Assembly: GCF_006345805.1 (NCBI RefSeq)
Contig: NC_042999.1
Span: 36,332,001-36,396,000 of the forward strand
DNA length: 64,000 nucleotides
Reading direction: 5' to 3'
Source of the DNA: Octopus sinensis
Taxonomy: Eukaryota
The notes below the pieces were generated by a model. The model saw nothing but the letters and a program-made list of their open reading frames with translations, searched no databases and had not been told where the DNA came from. The translations under genes and the position numbers were made by a program. Shown here one piece after another: positions 23,098 to 36,275 of the stretch (the stretch's first letter is position 1; every line of letters starts with the position of its first letter).

Positions 23098-23871
23098 ATA
23101 ACTTCTGATCTTATTTAATAAGCAAACATTAGCTACATCAACAATTGTCAAATATAGTCAGAATAATTATCATTGCCATCATTTAAGGCCCACTTTTCCA
23201 TGTTGGCATGGGTCAGGTAGAATTTGTTAAGGCATATTTTCTGTGACTGGATGCCCTTCCTGTCACCAACCTTCACTTGTTTCCAAGCAAAATGATATTT
23301 CTGATAGCCAGATATATTTTCCACAGAAGACTGGGAATGAACAACTCTGCTTGTATGATAGTGATGCTCATTTACAACCATCATATGATGTCAAGTTGAG
23401 TACATGCACACAGTTATCATCATGCATATGTATATGTTGCCACCAATTTCCTGTCCAACCATGCAGCCACAGAAACTCTCTTTACTCAAGTAATTGTTGT
23501 CGCTTACTAAACAATGTTATCCATCATGACATTATGTGACCTTCCTCAACCAATTGTAGCCCATCTACAGGTAGCTATCTTGGACTTCCTGTACCTCTCC
23601 ATTCTTTCGAAATTTCCATCAGCCTAAGGAGACAGGCACAGTCGGGGGCTTGTGAAACTTGAAGTAGCATGGAATTGTTGTTCATACACCTGTCTTCATC
23701 TTTTGTTTTCCTGTAAATTTCAGCTTTCATCATCATCATCATCATCGTTTAGCGTCCGCTTTCCATGCTAGCATGGGTTGGACGGTTCAACTGGGGTCTG
23801 GGAAGCCAGAAGGCTGCACCAGCCCAGTCTGATCTGGCAATGGCCACGATCGGATGGTGCTTTTTACGTGT

Positions 23872-23912
<41 letters not shown>

Positions 23913-23918
<6 letters not shown>

Positions 23919-24697
23919 TGGTGAATATATTGTCATCTAAATTACTCAAAAATGAAAATAAAACTGACATCTCATTTTAGCAGATATATTTACCAATATT
24001 ACTAGACATAGAGTCTTCTAGCAGACACCCTCTTGACATAGGGCAGCACTACCTCCTCCAGGCACCTGATGTAGGCCTCTGTATTGAGTCTGAGGCCATG
24101 TGGGAATATGAATGGAGGCATAATGTTGCCATCACTAGTGATCACTCCAAACACCATGATGTTGACTGGGTGTACTCTCTCACTACATGCACTGTCCTCA
24201 GATTGACACCCAGTCATTCTGAAAAGTCATATTGGAGCTTCTGGTGCAAATGCCAAGCAGTACAGCATCTCATTTCTAAATTTCTGGCAGAGTGAATTGC
24301 TTCATGGTGCTATTTTTCTCACAGACAGTGCTCAACTGACCCTACTATACTGCGTAGTCGACAAAATTAAAATGTAGAAAATGGTGACAGTTTACCCATT
24401 ACAGTTCTATATTTAAGAGATGAGGAATTATGTACATTATTTACAATTGACGGATATTTGTCCTCATCTTGTTTGTTGTTAACACAACGTTTTGGTTGAT
24501 ACACCCTCCAGCCTTCATCGGGTGTCTTGGGGAAATTTCAAACCTGGGTTCTCATTCCTAAGGTATTTTCCAATGTTGTTATTATTATTCAGGTCACTGC
24601 CTTGAATCAAACTCGGAATCTTGGGGTTAGTAGCCCGAGCTCTTAACCACTAAGCCATATGCCCGTGGGCATATGAAATTTACCCATTGCACCCTTT
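23913..24697 (-). mobile_element. Internally deleted Tc1/mariner-superfamily DNA transposon
   Basis: HPVNIMVFGVITSDGNIMPPFIFPHGLRLNTEAYIRCLEEVVLPY is a DDE-region fragment. Degenerate TIRs AGGGTATGGTGAATATATTGTC / GACAGTTTACCCATT..GCACCCT lie in TA-rich flanks. Confidence 0.75.
24401..24678 (-). mobile_element. tRNA-headed SINE-like element with hammerhead-like motif, 10-bp TSD
   Basis: TTTACCCATT at 24391-24400 and 24679-24688. - strand head TGGCTTAGTGGTTAAGAGC...GAGTTTGATTC; body GACAC-CCGATGA-A-GGCTG..CAACC-AAAAC-GTT-GTGTT. Confidence 0.7.
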
Positions 24698-24703
24698 ATG
24701 TAC

Positions 24704-24737
<34 letters not shown>

Positions 24738-25059
24738 GATGATAATCTCTGAAAGTGGCAGCCACTCCCTGTCGCCAAATAGTGTGTAGATAATGGAAAA
24801 GATATATCCATCATGACATTATGTGACCTTCCTTGACCAATTGTGTTCCTCATATTTTACCTGTAGTCAGTGTAACAGGTGTAGCATACATGATGTTTAT
24901 AACTATCTCCTTTTCATCAACAAGCTTAACTCTACAATAAAAATTTTCCTCCCTCCTCTCCCCTTTTGTTTTCCTGAAAATTACGAAGCAAAATTATTTC
25001 TTTTTTGTGTATGTTTTTCTACCTGTAAACCAGTTTTGTATATATATTTTATTAATTAG

Positions 25060-25207
25060 TATTCCGGGCTGAAGATTCCAATACTCATCGGCATCTCACA
25101 GAGTTTGTGGGTCTGGATTTGGAAATGGCTTTCAAGTATCACTACCATGAAGTTATTGACCAAATTGGTGATTTGTTTGTGGCGATTTTCAAAGGCCTTC
25201 GTGACAA
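25060..25207 (+). CDS. DARS1: DARS1 exon (motif 2)
   Basis: attAG|TA...GACAA|GTAAGT. (V)[48 protein letters not shown]. Confidence 0.97.
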
Positions 25208-25963
25208 GTAAGTTGCTATGACTGTGGTTGATGTTTAAGGATTTGAGGTTGAATAAAAACTGAACAACTGTAGAGGATTCCAGCATGTTGAATATACAGC
25301 CAACACATTCTAAATCTGATTGATACATAGGGGCAAATATGGATAGCATGAACAGGTATGCACATGCGTGTGTATGAGGGTGAATGTTTACTTCTGCACT
25401 TTGCATGAAATTTAATTGAAAAACATGTTAGTTGATATTTTCTAGTTCTTTACCTTCAAAAACAAATGGAATATAAAGAATCCCCAATTTGGAAAACAGA
25501 TAAGGATTAGCAACAAGAAGGGCATCTGGCTGCAAACCAATACCTCAGTAATATGTGTTCATCCAAGCCATTGGTACCATGGAAAAATGGACATAATACA
25601 AACAATTTAAATGCATAGAACAAACATAATTTAATGTTATATCATTATATTGTTGGACTTATATTAATACATGATGCAAGCACAGGCATGGTTGTGTAGT
25701 TGAGAAGATTGCTTTGCAACCATGGAACTGCAGGTTCAATCTCTCTGCATGGCATCATGCATAAGTGACTTCTATTATAGCCATAGACTAACCAATGCCA
25801 TCTGAGTGAAAATTGTGAGATGGAAACAGTATGGAAAACTGTTGAACTATTAATTTCTCAGGAATATGTATAATGATAATTTCTTGGATTAAAAGTTCAC
25901 TAATATTTTGCCAGATCTCTGTAACAGCTTTTTTTTTTTTTCTTTTTCAAACTTTCTTTTCAG

Positions 25964-26032
25964 TTTTGCTGAAGAAATTGCAACTGTTCACAAACAATTT
26001 CCTGCTGAACCTTTCAAATTTTTGGAGCCAAG
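25964..26032 (+). CDS. DARS1: DARS1 exon
   Basis: tttcAG|T...CCAAG|GTAAAA. (N)FAEEIATVHKQFPAEPFKFLEP. Confidence 0.96.
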
Positions 26033-27700
26033 GTAAAAATTATCCTTTCATACACACATTACTCACAAAAATATTAAAACTGGTTGCTAAATGGCTAGCA
26101 AGCAAGGTTTGCCATGTGTAGGGTGATGGTGAGAAAAGTTTTTTTGTAGTTATTGTTTATTCTCTAGGATACACTGGTAATTTTACTGAGCTGTTGATGA
26201 TGTAATGCTTGATATGAATGTCATAGAACAGACCTATAAACAAAGACATTCCAGCCTTGACCATCCTATTGTTTTTTTCCTGGGCACAGTGAATCCAAGA
26301 CAATAGAATCCCATATCATGAGGCATAGGCATATAGGCATGTCTGTGTGGTAAGAAGTTTGCTTCTTAACCATATGGTCTCAACTTCAGTGTTGCTGCAT
26401 GGTACCTTGAGCAAGTGTCTTCTGCTATAATCCCAGGCTGACCAAAGCCTTGTGAGTGGGTTTGACAGGTGGAAACTGAAAAAAGTCCATTGTATGTATG
26501 TTACTGTCTCCTTGCCTTGACATCATGTTATAATTGTAAATGTAGTCTCTGTCATGCAAGTGGTGTCCTTTGTTTCCAATCTTCCGAGAAAACATGTCTA
26601 GCCATTTCCCATGGCCAGACATACCTTACTTGGAAAGAGATGAGAATTGCTAACAAGCAGGGAATCTGGCTGTAGAAAATCCACCTTAACAAATTCCATC
26701 TGACCAATGCAAGCATGGGAAAATTAAATAATGGTGGTGGTAACATCACCATTCTTTTCACAGATGCGTTTCATTCTTGCAAAGTCAATATGTTCCAGTC
26801 TAGGTTGGTGGCTTGACAGAGCTGTTAATGAATGGTGCATGATGCCTAGCAGTATCTATTCTGGCTCTGTGCTTTTTGACAGAAACATCTGTGACGACAT
26901 TGATGCCTAACTGTATTATCTAAGTCAGCAATATTTCTTTTGAATGTACATCCATGGCGTAGAGAGGAAAGACTTAAATGAACGGGCAGCTGCTACTCTT
27001 CCTCAAAAATTCTTGCCAAGGTCTACACTTGTTTGTGCAGCTATAGGGTCAGTCCTGACCAACAGAGACCCCTTTGCCATTCTTTTTGCAGGATGTGATC
27101 TGAAGGAAATTTGGCTGCTGTTTCTGACAGGTTGAACAACGAGACAACTAGATGTGTGACTTGAAGCCATGAAAGTATTTTCAATCCTAACAGCTGCTAT
27201 CTCAGCATCTCATCTATCCATGGGCAAATTAAAAATTTCACATCAACCTATTGAATCAATGATAACTGTCAATTTGCATTTGGTATCCAAAATAAAGCAT
27301 CTGTGAAATATCACATCATTAAATATTAAATCTATGGTTGGTGCTAATCTTCATTTTCATGCATAAGAAGGCATTATTATAATTTTTGTGAAATCTGTCC
27401 ATCCATAACATAAGTTCCAATTTGATTTGCAACTTCCCTCTTCTCTCCCTCTGTATAAATGTATACAGACACATACCTGTATTTCTCAATGTTATTGTTA
27501 AAGACATTGGAACAAAAATATGAATCTCTATTCTGTCTACATCTCTCACTCCCTTTCCCTATCTCTGTTTTTAATGACTCACGTATACAAGTACACACAG
27601 GTATATACATCTATATACATACATGACAACAGTATTATCTATATATATACATACATGACAGTATTATCTATATACATACATGACAACAGTATTATCTATT

Positions 27701-27860
27701 AGAGTTGCTGAAGCATGGAATAAACTGCCTGCGTCAGTTGTTGACTGCCATGACACTACATCCTTTAAGGCCCTCATGCTTCCCGAAATCCATCGAAACT
27801 ACACCTGATTATATATGCACTTTAGATGAGTTGTAGTGCACCTGAGCACTGTACACAATG

Positions 27861-27897
<37 letters not shown>
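27701..27897 (+). mobile_element. Short CR1 3' fragment
   Basis: AGAGTTGCTGAAGCATGGAATAAACTGCC...GCACCTGAGCACTGTA...(ATT)n, similar to 20305-20560. Confidence 0.8.
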
Positions 27898-28993
27898 GTG
27901 TGCAGGTGTATATGTACATACACTCATTACTCAACATGATCGTTAAAAACATTTTGTTAACTTAAGACACAACTATCGAAAATAAAAAAAATTTCTTATT
28001 TTTGAAATTGTTAGCATTATAATTTAATTAAATGCTTTTTAGCAATCTTGTTAAGAAATCTGGGTATATTTATCTGTGTACATACATTCTTATATACTGA
28101 GAGGCAGAAAGACATAATACTGTCGTTGTGTAAGAATGTATCAATGTGCACATGTATATGCATGCATCATTAAATGCAGAAAGACAGGAGAATGAGAAGT
28201 CATATTTCATCTTCCAATATTGCAATAAGCTACTTCTTTTAAAAGTTCTATCTGCTTGCTTATCTACCTACTTACCTATCGATCACTATTTTTACTTTCA
28301 ACTCTCACCCAATATACAAGTAACCTAGGCAACTCACAGGCACTGTCCTCATCATTTTTATTCATTTAATCATTTCAGAAAAATAGTTGAATGATTATTT
28401 TCTTAGTCATTTTTGTATTTGTCAGTTGCTTCATGAACTAAATTCACCCTTCAGAGACAATACATCAAAAGATAGCAATATGCTTTACGAAAGTAGATAA
28501 TGTTAAAAAATTATATGTATTTGATTTATTAAATGTTTCTTTTCTTTTAATATTGTTTTATCTTTTTCTTTTTTCTTTCTGGTATATATACCTATATTTC
28601 AATAAAGCAAATTATTACTTATTCTAGGGTAAAAAAACTACAGGTCATGCATTTGTAAAAATAAAAATCATTGTTTATGAAATCATATATCTCTACTGCT
28701 TTAATGAAAGAAAAAACTCAGCTTTATAGAATTAGTTACATTAGTGTTAGTGCTCTGACTGCAACTTCCTTTCATCCTCTTACTAAAATCAATAACTTAC
28801 TATTCTATGAACAGCAATATATAAGAAAATATGAGAGATAATACAATTCTGTCATTAACATGGAAGTACTCTATCACATGATTTGCTTCTCATCCAATCG
28901 GTATCTTCTAAATATCTTCTAAATGTTTGCATATAAAGATTTATTTTTAAGAACAGTCTTTATATATTCTTAAAGACAAAATTGATTTTGATA

Positions 28994-29494
28994 TCTATAT
29001 ATATAAAACTGTAGTTGTGTGAGTGTCTGTCCCCTTCGATTTAGATTCCTAACTACTCCCACATTTTGCGGTGCAGTTTAACCAAATTCGGGTATCTTAT
29101 AGTCGTGATTCATATCGAGCCCGTCTGAGTATTAGCGCGCGTCTACGATGAGTCTACGATTTTATAAATAATTTAACATCATTTTTTATTCCATTTTAAT
29201 GCATAATTTTTCGTGTGTCGATGGCGTCCATGGTCACACCTGCACCTGTTTGCTTCTCCCCCTTCTTCCCTCCCTCGTGAAGCTGTGGGGAAGGGAGTGT
29301 AAGGAAATCAACGTCGTAAAGTGTTGTCAAGGAGACCAGCGTTCTTTTAGAACAACGACTTCATGGCTTGAAGACACCAAAACAGAAATGGCTAAGAAAG
29401 CCCGAATTGGCATCTATAAGGGAAGTAACTCTCTAAAAATGCTTATATAGTTATTTCCCTTACAAACCCAAGCAACGCCGTGCGATACTGCTAG
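28994..29494 (+). mobile_element. Non-autonomous Helitron
   Basis: A|TCTATATATATAAA 5' end; degenerate GC-rich subterminal hairpin (CCCAAGCAACGCCGTG) followed by CTAG|T; inserted between A and T with no TSD. Confidence 0.8.
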
Positions 29495-31438
29495 TTTAAA
29501 ATACAAATGTTGAAGTATTAAGAAACATGTAAATAAGTCTTTATTAGCAACGTTTCTCAAAGCAAAGTCAGCTATAAATGATAGATTATGATAAATACTT
29601 ATGCCAGCATGGAAAACCATTAGCTGATGATAATGACTTTGGGTTAAAAAAAAAAAACCCTCATGTTTATGAATTTGTTTTGCGGGGTTCCTGATGTGAA
29701 CTTGTGAGTTGAAACTGATATTGCTATATTTCAGAATGATAATTTTTTTTCTTGCCAAATAAACACACACACACTATATATTCATGTTTCACTCATTTAT
29801 TATTGTTCTTATTTTGTCTTATATTCATTATCTGGAAATCTTTTGCCACACATCTGTGACCTCTTCTGCAACTTTTCCATCCATGTGTATCCTCCTGTTC
29901 TGTTTAGTCCATTCTGTCTTTCTATGATGTGTATCCTTATCTATGTTCTGCTTTAGAGAAGATGCATGGTTTAACTCACACAGGCAGCTTTCTGCTCTCC
30001 CCACCACCATTCAAAGGGTTTTTAACCTAAAGTATTTGTTTTTTCATCCTAGCATGAATTAGGCAGGTATATTATCAAAGCAGTGTTTACAGCCAGTTAG
30101 TCTTCCTGTCATTAACCATTCCCTGCTTTTTGCAAGCAACTGATCTTTTTATTCAACACACCTTCAAAGGTGCAAAGCCAACAGATGATTCCTTGGCAAG
30201 AGAAATAACAGCAACATCAATGCTTCCAGTGAAGCAGATTTTGGAGAAGCACAGATGTAATTGAATATACACACACACAAGCATGATGGGCTTTTTTGTT
30301 TTGGCATCTACCTGTCAGATTCACTCACAAGACCTTGGTTGGCTTAGGGCTATTGTAATAAACACTTGTTCAAGGTGTTGTGTAGCGGAACTGAACCTGA
30401 AATCATGTGGGTAGGAAGAAAAAATTCTCAACTATATGACCATGTTCATCATCATTATCATCATCATCGTTTAACGTCCGCTTTCCATGCTAGCATGGGT
30501 TGGGCGATTTGACTGAAGCCTGGCGAACCAGATGGCTGCACCAGACTCCAATCTGATCTGGCAGAGTTTCTTCAGCTGGATACCCTTCCTAACACCAACC
30601 ACTCTGAGAGTGTAGTGCTTTTACGTGCCACCAGCATGAGGGTCTGTCAGGCAGTACTGGCAACAGCCACACTCAAATGGTGCTTTTTATGTGCCACCTG
30701 CACAGGAGCCAGTTCAGCGGCACTGGCAATGACCTTGCTCGAATGTTTTTTTCACGTGCCAGTAAGGCAACGCAGGTAACGATTATGCTCGAATGGTGCT
30801 TTTTACGTGCCAAAACCTATTATTCACAGCTGAATTTGCTTCAAGATATTGTTCATAAAAAATTTACCTTCTGCTCTCACCCAGTATACAAGTAACCTAA
30901 ACAACTCACAGGCAGTGTCCTCATCATTTTCAATCATTTAATCATTTCAGAAAAATAGTTGAATGATTATTTTCTTAGTCATTTTTTGTATTTGTCAATT
31001 GTTTCATGAACTAAATTCACTCTTTAGAGACAATACATCAAAAGATAGCAATATGCTTTATGAAAGTAGGTGATGTTAAAAAATTATGTTATTTTGGTCT
31101 ATTAAATGTTTCTTTTATTTCAATATCGTTTTACCTTTTTCTTCTTTCTTTCTGGCATTTATACCTATATTTCAATAAAACACTGTAGTAATTACTTATT
31201 CTAGGTTTAAAACAAAAGGTCATGCATTTGTAAAAATAAAAATCATTGTCTACAAATCATATCTCTACTATTTTAATAATTCGCTTCAAGACATTGTTCA
31301 TTAAAAACAATTAGATGGTATTTCCTTATGACAGCATTAGTAAACATGGTATTTCATTTTTACTGTCAAATAATGCAATGTTGTAATTATTTTATTCTAT
31401 TAAATCTCACATTATTTTCCTCTTTTCTGGCATCACAG

Positions 31439-31559
31439 TTTGCGTCTGGAATTTCCTGAAGCTGTACAGATGTTACGAAACAATGGTATAGAAATCGGAG
31501 ATGAGGATGATCTTTCAACGCCAAGTGAGAAATTTCTGGGAAAACTTGTCAAAGCTAAG
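31439..31559 (+). CDS. DARS1: DARS1 exon
   Basis: cacAG|T...GCTAAG|GTATTG. (S)[40 protein letters not shown]. Confidence 0.96.
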
Positions 31560-32668
31560 GTATTGGGTATGCTTTTGTTTTGAAGTGTATTTTTTAAAAT
31601 ACTTAAAGATTTAATTTTCTATATTAGATAAAAATATTTGATATAACTACAAAATTATTGAATCTGCTTTCACTTAAATGGTTTATTTTAATCAGTGTGG
31701 ACCAATTAAAAATAATCTTTGATTATGTTAGTTTACAAACATTAACCCTTCAGCATTCAAACCAGCCGTATCTGGCCTAAATATTCTACCTGTTTTATGT
31801 TCAAATCCTCGAGTATAATCCGCATTTTTTTCCCAAAATTTAAAGGTCAAAATCCCTTGTGCATACTATATACGAGGTTAAAAATGAAAATTATTTTCTA
31901 AGCAATGTCTGAGTCTCTATTTGCTGTCCGGCAATGTTTATTCAGACGCATTTTGTGATGTCGGGCACGAAAATACCTTAAGTTAAGCCTGAAAGCAATA
32001 AAGTCGTAAAAGAATCATCCATAACTTGCAGTAAGCAACATTTATTAAACGTTATTACTGTTATTTCTTTATTTTCTGCAAACAAAATGCACAAAAAAGC
32101 TATATGTTTGCATTATGTTATATACACAATAATAATAAAGGATGTTACCGTATACATTTTTACAAACCAAGGACGTTATATAGACCTCCTTGACTCAAAA
32201 TCTGAAACAATAATTAAAATAAATATTTTATTTTTTACATTTAATAAGTTGTAATGAACACTTTATTTCTACATTTACAGTTTTTATTTCTTGCAAAAAA
32301 ATTGAAAATTATATAAGGGTGCCAAAATTCAGCTTACCTTGGGCACCAGCACCCCTACAGTTGCCCTGGCTTATAGTTTCAAATTTCTAATTTGACACTT
32401 TTAAAATTACGGAGATGTACTTGCATAGCAAGTGACCACGGAATTTTGTCAGTGAACAGGTCGTGGTCTCAAAATGACAAAAATATTTTGACAAATTAAA
32501 TTTAAATGTTGAAGGGAATCTAGCGGGTTTTTGTGTGTATTTAAATTGCTTATAAACACCTTCTGTGCTGCAATAGCTTTTAAAATGTTTTGTATTATCT
32601 TCAACTCTGTCTTGGATGAATAAATCTGCTTTTTCTAAACAGCTTTGTTTCTTTTCTTTCATTTCCAG

Positions 32669-32749
32669 TATGATACCGACTTTTTCATCTTGGACAAATA
32701 TCCATTGGCAGTTCGACCATTCTACACGATGCCTGATCCTCATAATAAA
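32669..32749 (+). CDS. DARS1: DARS1 exon
   Basis: ttccAG|TAT...AAA|[33 protein letters not shown]. Confidence 0.97.
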
Positions 32750-33765
32750 GTGAGTTTGTTGTTCAATTATCTTCAATCCTTGGGCCCTGTGACATTATTA
32801 TGTTATATCAATTCTGTAACCTCAATTCAACTTATGCCTCATCATTGAAATTGACGAGACAACACTTTGTGGGAACTCTGCCAGGTGGACTGCACCTGCT
32901 GTGAGGTGGTGATTGTGTCAATTGACTTTAGTACTATTTGGTTTAATACAACCACCTGGTCTTTAAAAGCTTACTCAGCTATAAACAATCAGAAGATAGA
33001 TATACCATTTGCTACTGCAGCAAAATCATGATTTCCTTCTCTTTTTTCTCCAACAAGTCTAGAAAGTTCTATAAAGATTATCAATACTGCCCTATCTACT
33101 CTAAGGTATCAGAAAAGAGAAAAAAAAGCTCCTTGTCTTCATTTTATAGTTGTTAAAACAACTTAGAAAGCATGTTACGCTACATACGATACTCAATAGA
33201 AGCTAGAAATCATGGACCCCGCCCCATTTTCTATATTTTATGTCATTTCTTATGCCATCTTATTTGATGCTCTAATGTAGCAACCAAATCTTCCAGCCAA
33301 AGGAAGAGCTATGTTGTTTGATATGCTATGAATAGCAGATAAATCTCCCTCAGATCACATCCTATTATAAAAAGTGAAGGGGGTGTGTATATCAAATATA
33401 ACATGGTCTTGGGTATACTCTGTGTTGAACAAAGTCAGGATGGTCGCTACTTGAACATCCTTGATCATAAGGTTTGTTCAGTGAAGACGGACCTGAGGCT
33501 AAATAACTACATCAACTGTTGTTCATCGTTTAACATCCGTTTTCCATGCTAGCATGGGTTTGACGGTTCAACTGGGGTCTGGGAAGCCAGTAGGCTGTGC
33601 CAGGCCCAGTCTGATCTGGCAGTGTTTCTACAGCTGGATGCCCTTCCTAACGCCAACCACTCTGTGAGTGTAGTGGGTGCTTTTTACGTGCCACCGGCAC
33701 AGGTGCCAGACGAGGCTATATATAAAAATGACTTTTAATGAACTTTTTGCTTTTTCCAATTCTAG

Positions 33766-33877
33766 AAAGCTTCAAATTCGTATGACATGTTTATGCGAGG
33801 AGAAGAAATTTTGTCTGGCGCTCAGCGAATCCATGATCCTGATCTTTTGACGGAACGTGCAAAAGAACATGGAATTG
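33766..33877 (+). CDS. DARS1: DARS1 exon
   Basis: tctAG|AAA...ATTG|[43 protein letters not shown]. Confidence 0.97.
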
Positions 33878-34153
33878 GTAAGTTTACTGTCTCTAAAATA
33901 TTCGTACACTTTTATTTTAATAAGTAGGAATGTAGTGGACATATTTCATTCGTATCATGGATATTAAATGTTAAAATGTTTAGCTATTTCATCTATTGTT
34001 TATCTTTTACTTGTTTCAATCATTAGACTGCAGCCATGCTGGGGCAACACCTTGAACAAGTTGTACTATTTTTTTAAAGTCTGGTACTTATTTTTGTCAG
34101 TTTCTTTCTGCTGGACCACTAAGTTATGGGGTGTGTAAACAAACCAATACTGA

Positions 34154-34381
<228 letters not shown>

Positions 34382-35531
34382 TGAAACTCAATGAAATTCC
34401 AGTCACTGACCCACTTCCCTTGATAAGCCGAGTCCTGTTTCCGTGTTCTGTCATTACTAAATGGACTCTGCTCATTCAAACTTACTGGCTTTATGTTGCT
34501 CCTACCTGAACTCAGTATACATGTCATTTTTCTCTTCTGCATCATCATCATCATCGTTTAACGTCCGTTCTCCATGCTAGCATGGGTTGGACAGTTCGAC
34601 CGGGGATCTGGGAAGCCAGAAGGCTGCACCAGGCTCCAGTCTTATCTGGCAATGTTTCTACAGCTGGATGCCCTTCCTTACGCCAACCACTCCGTGAGTG
34701 TAGTGGGTGCTTTTTACGTGCCACCTGCACTGGTGCCAGGCGAGGCTGGCATCGGCCACGGTCGGATTGGTGCATTTTATGTGCCACCTGCCCGGAAGCC
34801 AGTCGGGGTGGCGCTGGCATCAGCCACGATTCGGATAGTGCTTTTTACGTATCTCCAGTCCAGGGATCCTGGAGAAAACTCTTTTGTCTATTGCTGAGAG
34901 CGTGGCAACCTTTTTAGTGCTGATGCCAAGGGGGAAAAAAATTACATTTTGTAAAATGGTAAGTGAATTAATCACAGACAACTGTCAAAGAGACTCTTTA
35001 GTTACGTTGATGGCATTGCAGTTTCTCTAGTACTGGTGTCATTCTAGTACTGTAAAGTGGTTGGTGTTAAGAAGAGTGTCCAACCATAGGAAGAATGCCA
35101 AAACTAAGTCATCTGAGCCAGATGTGATCCTCCAACTCATCGAGCAAGGCTGTAACTCTAATAAGAACAGATTCAAGTTTCTGTCAAAGTGTCCAACTCC
35201 TACCATCATGAGGAAGCATGTAATATGAAGACCATCATCATCATTTTAAAGTCCACTTTTCCTTTCTTGCATAAGTTAGGTGGAATATGTTATGGCAGAT
35301 TTTTCTATAGCTGGATGCCCTTCTTGTCATCAAACCTCACCTGTTTCCAATTAAGGTAATATTTTCATTTGGTTAAACATGCATTCACATGGAAACCAAC
35401 ATCACTACATGTATGACAGTGACATCCATTTACATCTGTAATGTCAGATCAAGACAAGGGGACACACACTCACACATAGTTTCCATCTAACATATCCATT
35501 CCTAAAGCTTTGGTAGACTTTGGAGTGCTAT

Positions 35532-36136
35532 CATCATCATCATTGTTCGACCGTGGTCGAGACAATGGAATTTACCATGCTACGCCAGACTTCACGGTCC
35601 ATCATGGCATTACGGAGGTCCTGTTTCTGGATGCCTGTATCCCTGGAGATTACATCAGGGTAGGAGAGTGTGCACCCTCTGGTATTGCGAGTAGATGGCT
35701 TCCAGAGGAGAAGAGTAGAAATTACCTCTTTTTCAGCTCTACAACAATGTCCAGCAAACTGGACTCTCCTACCTTTCACAAGAGATGACACAGGTGGTAG
35801 CTTCCCATATATTTGCATTTTGGTTGGATGACGCTTCCACGAGAGATTTTGAGCTCTCATAAGGAGGCGAGTGTAGGTTCCATCCAACTGCCTCTCAAGC
35901 TTCTTTGATAACGTCCAGGTTTCTGAGCCATATTGTAGAATTGGTTCGACTGTGGCTTTGAAGATTTCAAGTTTGAAGTCTCTACTTAGATTTGATGACC
36001 AGATCTTATGCATGTCATTACAGGCTGACCAGGCCATACCCTTTCTAGTTAGAAAGTCTTTTCCAGATGATATGTATGACCCAAGATATTTGTAATCAGA
36101 AACCATATTTAAGGGCGCATTGTTGAGAGTATGGAT
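35532..36136 (-). mobile_element. Second copy of the same RTE-group (Proto2-like) LINE, with 9-bp TSD
   Basis: YKYLGSYI...YGSETW...VSTTVEQ* then (TGA)n. GAGTGCTAT is duplicated at 35523-35531 and 36137-36145; inserted into a SINE. Confidence 0.9.
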
Positions 36137-36275
36137 GAGTGCTATAGTAGAAGACATTTGCCTGAGATTCCATGCAGTGGAACTAAACCTGAAATCATGT
36201 GGTTTGGAAGTGAACTGCTTAACAAATTTGAACAAGAAACGACAAAGTCATTGCATATTTCTTTTATCTTTGCAG

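Noticed and set aside
35540-36235. 231-aa minus-strand ORF as an antisense gene in DARS1
   Set aside because: It is a truncated LINE ORF fused by chance to SINE sequence; the TSD defines the insertion.
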